Shown here piece after piece: positions 54,569 through 64,000 of a DNA stretch of 64,000 nt (position 1 is its first letter; each line of letters begins with the position of its first letter). Source of the stretch: Octopus vulgaris (lineage: Eukaryota). The notes under the pieces were generated by a model. That model did not search any database, was not told the origin of the DNA, and saw only the letters and a list, made by a program, of their open reading frames with translations. The translations under genes were made by a program, and so were the position numbers. Location: assembly GCA_951406725.2 (NCBI GenBank), contig OX597830.1, positions 10,354,001 to 10,418,000 on the forward strand. Reading direction: 5' to 3'.

Positions 54569-55460
54569 TGAGAGAAATACACACACCACACACACACACA
54601 CACACATATATATAGGTAAATGTGGTAGAGAAAAACGGAGAAAGAGAGAGGCGGAGGGAAATATAATAAATATTTTACACACGCTTGAATGCTTTCATTT
54701 CGCCAAGAAATTCTTGCAGTCATTAATCGACAAACTAAGTAAAACGACAAACATTTTGAATTCGATTTACGTCTGTTTCCTGGCAATTTTCTCCCGTAAA
54801 CTTGATACAATTATTTACATATTCTGTGTACTTTTATGATGTAATCAATATTGTTTCCAGTCAATTTGTGTTAATTTAATCTTTGGATAACTGAAGGAAC
54901 TGCATTAATTAGCGGCAAATGAAATGTAGTTAAGATTTCATGCATGCTCGATGCATGAAATCGGAGATTTAGTGTTTGGAGGTAAGCAATAAAAGATGCG
55001 CTCAGCTGTGAACATTTCGAACATTCAGCTTCCTATTTGGCTACTGTGAAATGCTGTATTATATTTTGGCTCAGGAAACAAGGGCTTCCTTTCGATGGGT
55101 CGGTGGGAGAGATGCTAGGCGTTTCATTTCTCCCTACATTCTGATCATGCGGATGATGATGATGGCGGTGGTGGTGGTGGTGGTTGTGATAATCATGTGC
55201 ATAATGGCGTTTGTGGTTGCGGTGTGATTGTGTGTGTGTGTCTCTATTTATGTTTCGACAAATATGTTTGTTTGTTTTTTTCAGAAATATTTCTAGATCT
55301 TTGCCAATTTTCGATTTTTCTCCTGAAATTTCTTAAATGTCATGTAACTCACATACATTCACACATGCAAACACATATATCTACACACACAAACTCAAAT
55401 ATTTATCAATAGTACATTATATATATATATATACATACACACACACACACACACACAACG

Positions 55461-55810
55461 TGGACGCGCAATGGCCCAGTGTTAGAGCAGCGGACACGCG
55501 GTCGTAGGATCGCAGTTTCGATTCCCAGACCGGACGAAAAAGCTCCACGAGTCTACGGTAGGGTGTGTTGGCGAACCCTGCTGTATTCTTTCATCACAAC
55601 TTTCTCTCACTCTTTCTTCCTGTTCTTCTTGTACCTGTATTTCAAATGGCCAGCCTTGTTACACTCTGTGTCACGCTGAATCTCCCCGAGAACTATGTTA
55701 AGGGTACACATGTCTGTGGAGTGCTCAGCCACTTGCATGTTAATTTCACGAGCGGGCTGTTCCGTTGATCGGATCAACTGGAACCCTCGTCGTCGTAACC
55801 GACCGAGCGC
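55461..55810 (+). mobile_element. SINE family A, diverged
   Basis: Similar to 52730-53111 with an internal deletion; further fragments at ~35620-35752, 40081-40141 and 45744-45905. Confidence 0.85.
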
Positions 55811-55994
55811 GACGACGATACACACACACAGAAAAAGAAGGAGAGCGAGAGAGAGAGTGAAATATGCATACATACACACATATCTATATATACGCACAAA
55901 CATACACATATACACGCATGCATATATATAAACATGCACACATACACCATATATATCTATATATATATATATATATCCACACACCTACACACAC

Positions 55995-56028
<34 letters not shown>

Positions 56029-56267
56029 TTGTGTCTGTGTTTGTTCCCCACCATCGCTTGACAACTAACGTTGGTGTGTTTACTCGCCGTAACTTAGTGG
56101 TTAGGCAAAAGAGTCCGATAGAATAAAGACTAGGTTTACAAAGAATGATCGTGAGATCGATTTGTTCGACTAAAGGCGGTGCTCCATCATGGCCGCAGTC
56201 AAAATGACTGAAACAAGTAAAAGAATAAAAGCTATATATATATATATGTGTGTATGTGTGTGTGTGC

Positions 56268-57272
56268 GTGTATCAAGAAGTACTGTCTTGAAAGTAATGA
56301 CAGCCTTTCAGAAAGAGGGAAATAAACCTCTTCATCGAAACAAAACTCCGGAAGAAAATCAAAACTTTCAGATAGGGACCGTCGGATTCTTATGCAAACT
56401 GTTAGAAAGGATCACATAAGTACAGCTCCTAAAATTACTGCTGAGCTTAATGCCCACCTCGAAAACCCAGTTTCCACAAAAATCGTTCGCCAGGCGCTGC
56501 ATAAAGCCAGATGTCACGGGCAGGGGGCTGCAATCAGAAAACCACTACTTTCAGAAACGAACGTTGTAAAGCGTTTAGAGTGGAGTAAAAACCTACCGAA
56601 TCGGTCCCTAGAGCAGTGGAAGAATGTTATTTTCTCGGACGAGTCATCCTTTACCTTATGTACAACCACCAGCCAAGTATATATGTGGAGACAGCCAAAA
56701 GGAGCATTTGACCCAGACTGCCTTCTTACAACTGTTAAACATAGAGGAGGATCTGTGATGATCTGGGGTGGGGGCTGTATCTTGGAAATCCTCCAGCCCA
56801 ATGGTTTCCCTTCATGGCAGAATGAATAGTCAAGACTATTTAAGCATTTTATCTGATCAAATTCATCCTATGGTTGCGGAACTGTTTCTGGAGGGAAACG
56901 CAATCTTTCGGGATGATAATGCACCAATTCACACAACTAAAGCTGTTACTGAATTGCATGAGGAACATTCTAGTGAAGTTGAACATCTTATCTGGTCACC
57001 ACAGTCCCCACATCTTAATATTATTGAACATTTATGGTGCATTTTAGAAAAAAAAGTAAGGAGTCGATATCCTCCACTATCATCACTACAATAACTGGAA
57101 ACTGTTTTAGCTGAAGAATGGACAAAAATTCCTTTGGAAACAATTCAAACTGTGTACAATTTCATACCTCGTAGAATTCAAGCTGTAATTACTGCCAAAG
57201 GTGGTCATACCCCATATTAAAATAAATTTGTTTGAAATTTTATGGTGTTTTCATTATTTTGTCCAACCCCTT
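56268..57272 (+). mobile_element. Tc1-family DNA transposon, 5'-truncated, frameshifted transposase with DD36E spacing
   Basis: SGRK..LS, VIFSDES, TVKHRGGSVMIWG, FRDDNAPIH...SPHLNIIE, AKGGHTPY*; right TIR-like GGTGTTTTCATTATTTTGTCCAACCCC followed by TA. Confidence 0.9.
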
Positions 57273-57290
57273 ATATATATATATATATAT

Positions 57291-60180
57291 AACGGGAAGC
57301 TTTATGAAAATAGACAAAAGACGAAGGCAGGTGGAAAACAAACAAACAATTGTATTAGTATGGCGCTCAGGAAATATAAATAAAACAAGTCTTTAACGTT
57401 TCGAGCCTACGCTCTTCAACAGAAAGATACACAGAGAGAAAAAAAACACAGAAAGGAGAGAAAAAAATGCGTGCAGTAACTAACGAATCAACATGGCGAT
57501 CTGATTTCGGCCAGAGGTCAAAGATCAAACATGAGACGCGAGAGCGAAATAAGGGGAGATAATAGGGTTGATAATAGGGTTGAATGACCCTAGGATAGGT
57601 CTGGACAGGCGTATGTATGGGGTTGGTGTATGTATTAGTATGTATTAGTATGTATTAGTACGTATTAGTATGTATAAGTGTGTGTGTGTGTGTATGAGAG
57701 AGTATAAGTGCGTATGAGGGGTCTGGACGTGTGTATGTATAGGGTTGGTGTATGTATTAGTATGTATTAGTATGTATTAGTACGTATTAGTATGTAGTTG
57801 GTGTATGTATTAGTATGTATTAGATGTGTAAAGTCGTGTGGTGTGAGGGAAGAGGGGAGAAGAGGGGGAGGGGAGAAGAGGGGGAGAGAAGGGGAGGGGA
57901 AGAAGAGGGGAGGAGACTGAAGAAGGGGGTATAGGTAGTATGGCACATCATATATGATGTGAAAATGGGCGTGAGACCGGTGTGTCGTTCGCAAGGTGGA
58001 TGTCACGAAGGTGTCCGCGAACCGGTCAGCCAAGCGGCGTCCCGTTTGTCCGATGTACAAGGAATTGCAGAGAGAGCAAGAGACGCAATAGATAATATTG
58101 CTGGCAAACTGTGGTGCAGGTGAAGGTGTGGATGATGGGATGGTCGATGGTGGTGCTAGTGAGGCGGGTGGTGTTGGGAGGAGGTAAGCTATGGACCACA
58201 TCTTAATATTAGTGCGGCAACGTGGGCGAAACTGAGCAGGGGAACGAGCCGGGTTGGGAGGGGTAGGTCAAAGGGAAATTTGTTGAGCTATGGACCATAA
58301 GTTGAGGTATGAGTGTGAGTCTGTGTGTTTGTAGTGAATGGAGGTGGTAAGAGTGGAGTGAAGAATGCTAACCGAAATGTCGAGGAAGGAGACAGAGGTG
58401 TTGGAGATAGTGGAAGTGAAGTGGAGGGCTGGATGGAAAGATTGGACGAAAGAGAGGAAGGAATCTAGATGTTCACGGGAGAGTGAGGTGGCAACGATAA
58501 TGTCGTCAATGTAACGACCATATAGTTCAGGAGTGGGACCAGTGAAATTAGAGAATATTTGGGCCTCAACATAGCCAACGAACAGGTTCGCATAGTTGGG
58601 GCCCATTCGCGTTCCCATGGCCACTCCCCAGACCTGATGGTAGAACTCGCCCGCGAACGAGAAGCAGTTCAGAGTAAGGACAAGTTCGGCCAGACGAATG
58701 AGTGTGGAGGTGTCAGGTACAGGGTTAGAGCGGAGGTCAAGAAAGTGTCGAAGGGCCTGCAGTCCTTCGTGGTGAGGGATAACAGTATAGAGGCTTTGGA
58801 TGTCCATAGTAAAAAGGATTTTGGAGGAGCCGGAGGAAAGGAGAAAGAGTTGAAAAGCCGGAGAGCATGGTTGGTATGTGGATGTGGGAGGAAGAGATGC
58901 CACTAGGGGGGCAAGGACACGGTCGAGTGTATTTAGAGATGAGCTCCGTGGGGAAGTTACAGGCGGAGACGATGGGGCGGCCAGGGTTGTTGGGTTTGTG
59001 GATTTTGGGGAGGAAGTAAATGGTGGGGGTACGTGGGGTTCGCACAATTAGGTTGATGCGGTGCGGGGGAGACGGGAGGACGAGATGAAGAGGTCGCGGA
59101 CAGTAGAGGATACCGTCTGTTGGTAGCTACGTGTGGGGTTAGAGGGCAGAGGGGAATAGAAGGAGTCATTGAGGAGGGAAAGCCTCGGCCCTATAGAGGT
59201 CCGCGCGCACACCACTACAGCTCCACCCTTGTCAGCCGGTTTGATGATAATGTCAGCGCGCTGTTGGAGGGAACGAAGAGCCCAAGAGCTCAGCCGGGAG
59301 ATGTTGAGGCGGCGTTGGCGCCTGGAGAAGTTGAACGGCTCCAATGCACGCTGGCAAGCGCCCGCGGAAAAGATCCACTGCTAGAATCTGGCCAGGGGCA
59401 GGCGTCCACGGGGATGGTCGGCGGCCCAGGCCAGTGAAGCAGTCCTCTTCGTTGGGTGTGGGTGGCGAGTCGTGGTAATGCGCACCCAACCGGACACGGC
59501 GCACAAAGCTGTGGACATCAACTCGCGTCTGGAATTCCTTACAGGATGGAGTGAGGGGAATGAAACGCAGACCCCTACCAAGGACGGAGCGTTCAGCCGC
59601 AGAGAGGGGAAGATCGGGGGGAATGGTAACAACAGACGGAAGTGGAGAAGGGGTGGGTGGAATAGAAGTAGGAGGGGTGGTAGGTCTCGTGGAGGTCTGA
59701 GGGGGAGGGATTGGGGAGGTGTGTGGGGGGTGGTTGGGGGGGCAGTGGGGTTAGGTGTGGGTGGATGGAGCCTATCGGGAGGGGAGAAGGGTGGTGGAGG
59801 AGTTGGGGTAGTGGCGTCGGGTAGGGTGGAATGGAAGAGTGATTGGAGTTTACGAAGTTTGGTATCAGAAAGAAATTGATGGAAGAGTTGATTCAAATGG
59901 ATAATGAAGCGTAGCGTGTTTGGAGCATAGAGAGGCGGCAGAGAGGAGAAGAAGGTGGAGGAAGCAGGAGGAAGAAGGCGGTTGATGGCATGTAGTTTGG
60001 AGAGATTGGAGCGAATGGTGGCCCGCATAAGGCGGTAAGATGTGGTGCGGAGTATGGGTAAGATGGAAGAATCCGAGTGGAGAGCAGGGTGGAAGTGGAG
60101 GCGGAAACCTTTAGGGATGAGTCGGTGATGTAGGCAGCGGCTTAGGAAAGAAACATGGCTGGAGAAGCGGTTTTTTTTAA
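57291..60180 (-). mobile_element. Second Penelope-like retroelement (GC-rich), frameshifted and internally deleted, with 3' pLTR
   Basis: [84 protein letters not shown]...LYIGQTGRRLADRF; (TA)n on both sides. Confidence 0.9.
57390..57427 (-). ncRNA. Minimal Penelope-type hammerhead-like motif (A6U core variant)
   Basis: TCTTT CTGTTGA A-GAGC GTAG GCTC GAAAC GT T AAAGA; stem III reduced to the palindrome ACGT. Confidence 0.6.
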
Positions 60181-60188
60181 AAAGAAGT

Positions 60189-60219
<31 letters not shown>

Positions 60220-60228
60220 CTGGTTTCC

Positions 60229-60312
<84 letters not shown>

Positions 60313-60429
60313 CATAAAATAACGGAAAGAAGCTGTTAAATGGAAGTTTTATTATTTGCTATGGAGATAACGGAATTTTGGGTCATTCTTCAAGTAATGT
60401 CTGTTTTAGCTCTTTCAACGACTATGGCT

Positions 60430-61530
60430 GAGGGACCCAGATGTATATGTATGTATATGATATGCAGGAGACTGATGGGGGCAGCCTGTCGTGGTGAAGG
60501 AAGCAGTTAAGAAGGGGTCCACATTTTGGAGGGAGCCGAGGAAAGAAAGGGTTGAAAGGCGGGAGACGAGGACGACGTGAGGTCGCGGACAGTTTGGTCG
60601 TCTTTAGAGGTACTAGTGGGGAATAGACAGGGGAGAGTATGGGGTCAGAGCTCCTGTGGGTCAGCAATGATTTCCGCGCGCCAATCAGGCCACTAGGGTT
60701 GTTGGGTTTTGTGATTTTGAGAAGATAATGTACGCGGCCGGTTGGAGGGAACGAAGAGCCAGAGCTCAGCCGGGGAGATGTTGAGGAGGTTGGCGCCTGG
60801 AGGCAGCTAGCAGGGAGCAACTGGCCAGAGGTCCCGCTCAGTCCCACACCACTAGCTCCCGGCCTTGTCAGCCTTGATGATAATGTCAGCGGTGTTGGCC
60901 ACAACGACACCCGTGAGTCTTCTTGTGGATGTCATTGGATCGTCGAGGGACGCTAATAACGCAGAGCACTACAGCGCGGATAGAGAAGCCAGGAATTGTC
61001 CACGGGGATGGTCTCCAGGTACAGTCCTCTTCGTTTGGGTGGCAGAGTGGTACCCAACCGGCGCAGCCAGTGGACATCAACTATTCGTGGAGTGAGGAGC
61101 GATAAAGGGTCTTGACACAACACACAAGGGTGGAAATGAACGCAGTCAGATTAGGGAATGTAGGGAGTGGAGAAGGTGGTGGAGTACTAGGAGTTTACAA
61201 TTTGGGGATCTCAATTCAAAGAAGTTGATTCAGTGGATAATGAATGGAGAAGCGGTGTTTGGAGATAGAGGCGGCAGAGAGGAGAGAAGGTGGAGGAAGC
61301 AGGAGGAAGAAGTTTGGTATCAGAAAGAAATTGCATGGAAGAGTTGATTCAAATGGATAATGAAGCGTATTGTTTGGAGCATAGAGAGGCAGGCAGAGAG
61401 AGAGAAGGTGGAGGAAGCAGGAGGAAACCTTGGATGGCATGGTGATGTAGTTTGGAAGATTGGAGCGAATGGTCGCCGCATTTTTGGTGCGGAAGTAGAT
61501 ATGGAAGAATCCGAGTGGAGAGCAGGGTAT
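60430..61530 (-). repeat. Scrambled and deleted second copy of the 58.7-60.1 kb Penelope sequence
   Basis: Shared blocks such as GGAAGAATCCGAGTGGAGAGCAGGGT and CAGAAAGAAATTG.ATGGAAGAGTTGATTCAAATGGATAATG, partly duplicated and out of order. Confidence 0.7.
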
Positions 61531-61542
61531 ATATATAAACCT

Positions 61543-61581
<39 letters not shown>

Positions 61582-61666
61582 ATAGGCAGGAAAGAAGCTG
61601 TTAAATGGAAGTTTTATTATTTGAGATATATATATATATATATTATATATATATATATATATGTAA

Positions 61667-61705
<39 letters not shown>

Positions 61706-61989
61706 GTATAAAGAAATAGGCATTTCGGAAAGAAGCTGTTAAATGGAAGTTTTATTATTTGCTATGGAGATTTTTAAGGGAATTTTGGGTCATTCTTCAA
61801 GTAATGTCTGCGCGAGCTCGGCTCGTATAGTGAATGGGGGATGTATTGTCTGCAACGTTTGCAGTCGTGTATGCTTGTCAAGAGGAGGGCTCATTAGCCA
61901 CCAACGGAGCCGACAAATTAATAAGTTACGCTTAGCCGTATAACCTAATGTTTGTCTGCGCGGCCTCTCTGGCAGCCATCATGTAGTAG

Positions 61990-62340
61990 TGTATGTATGT
62001 ATGTATGTATGTATGTATGTATGTATGTATGGGATCAAAAATAAACACAGGACCTGCCTGGGAAGGTGTACCTACGGAGGTGCCACCTCTGATGAAAAGG
62101 ACAGGATAGCAAGGGCACAAAAAAAAGCAAACTATGCAGGTCCAGAGCCAAGTCCCTGATCTCAGTCCCAATGTATGTATGTATGTATGTATGTATGTAT
62201 GTATGTATGGGAAACGCAAACACAGGAACGCCCTGCCTGGGGAAGGTGTACCTACGGAGGTGCCACCTCTGATGAAAAGGACAGGATGTCAGCAAGGCAC
62301 AAAAAACTAATATGTATGTATGTATGTATCCCACTACTCA
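61990..62340. repeat. ~180-bp tandem unit interspersed with (TATG)n
   Basis: GGAAGGTGTACCTACGGAGGTGCCACCTCTGATGAAAAGGACAGGAT occurs at ~62062 and ~62242. Confidence 0.75.
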
Positions 62341-63613
62341 GTCCCAGTGATATAATTAGAAACATAGAGCCAAGGAATTGTACCTAGAAAGTTCCCCTCC
62401 GAGGTACAAGTCCGGGCAAGTTTGTTTAGGGAAGACCAGCCGAACTAATAATGTATGTATGTATGTATCCCACTACAGTCAGTGATATAATTAGAAAAAA
62501 GATAGAATGACAAGGATTGTACAAAACACAACACACAAGTTGTTGTATAATAAGAAAATATATAATTCTGTTAAACACATATTTTTATACAATGAATAAC
62601 GTGAAAAAAAAAAAACACAAAATTTTCCACCGATTCAAATGACAATGTTCCATGCCACAGAGTTTACACCAAATTAAATATAAATAATATTTCTTCCTTC
62701 CTGCTTCTACATTCATGAATTCAGAACAACATGAATTTTATAAAATAGTAGTAATTATTAATAATTATTGTCTTCCTTTTTCCATATTATATGCCGTGAC
62801 AATGTTTAATTTAAAAATTCAGCATTAAATAATAATAAATTTTGCCTTTCATTTTAAAAAATTTAACGTAAATATAAATAAATTTTGTTGTATTATCTAA
62901 TTATTTGTAGATAAATTAAGTTTTTGTATTGTAAAATTAATTTGTTTCTTTTCTGTATAAATTATTAAGTTTTTGCCTTTCGGGGTCGATAAATTATATA
63001 CCAGTCTGTTTGTTTGTACTCTTAATTTGTCTGTCCTTGTTTGTCTCTCTGTTTAGCCCCTTGTGGGTAGTAAAGAAATAGTATTTTCGTCTGTTTTCTG
63101 TTTGTTTTCGACTTTGACTTTCATGTTTGTCGATGTATTATATTGTGTTCTTATATAATTTAATCCGTTTGTCTGTTTGTTTGTCCCCCACCCAAAATAA
63201 ATAAAATATACCGCAAACACCCACCCCCCCCTCCGATAAAAATATAAAACACCCACACCCCCAAACCCCTCTCACCCCAAAAAAAAAAAACCCACAATCC
63301 GATAAAACCCCAAAAAAAAAAACCAAACCAAACAAGCCCCCTCCAAAAAAAAAAAAAAGAACAGCCAAAAACAAAAAACAAATTTTAAAAAAATATTATA
63401 TTTAAATTAAAATTGTTTAAAATTAAAAAAATTATTTTATTCTTTTTCTGAATTAAAAGAATTTTTTTTAATTCAAAAAATTAAATTGATTAATATTAAA
63501 TTATTTAATTATAAAATATATATAAAAAAATAATACAGATATTATTTTAACAAATTATAAATTTAAAATATATTATTGATATAATGAATTACAAATATAA
63601 TATATTAAAAAAA

Positions 63614-64000
<387 letters not shown>

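Noticed and set aside
54861-54981. Plus-strand exon (TTTCCAG...GAG|GTAAGC) containing a 12-bp hairpin
   Set aside because: Stops in all three frames, hairpin too short for a pre-miRNA, and splice-like motifs are expected by chance.
62086-62150. Hammerhead at CTGATGA in the tandem unit
   Set aside because: No stem II, no proper GAAA, and the region has poor sequence quality.

Overview
This is AT-rich, microsatellite-saturated eukaryotic intergenic or intronic DNA. The tRNA-headed SINE repertoire suggests an octopus or other cephalopod genome (inference, no search run). Almost all supplied long ORFs are translations of (TA)n, (CA)n, (TATG)n or CT tracts. Real coding remnants are two frameshifted Penelope-like retroelements with RT and GIY-YIG (41.4-45.7 kb and 57.3-60.2 kb), a Tc1-family transposase with DD36E spacing, a gag-like LINE ORF1, and RTE, CR1 and mariner fragments. 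There are at least four SINE families and several non-autonomous Helitron/Helentron-like elements. One candidate host first coding exon lies on the minus strand (39082-38929). The most notable signal is a set of Type I hammerhead-ribozyme motifs with short palindromic stem III, each in a different sequence family. They occur in the Penelope pseudo-LTRs and in small ORF-less elements with direct or inverted repeats next to (TA)n tracts, including a 397-nt retrozyme-like unit at 2041-2628. All folding was done by eye, and repeat boundaries are approximate unless a TSD is given. The last ~3.7 kb look like low-quality assembly.
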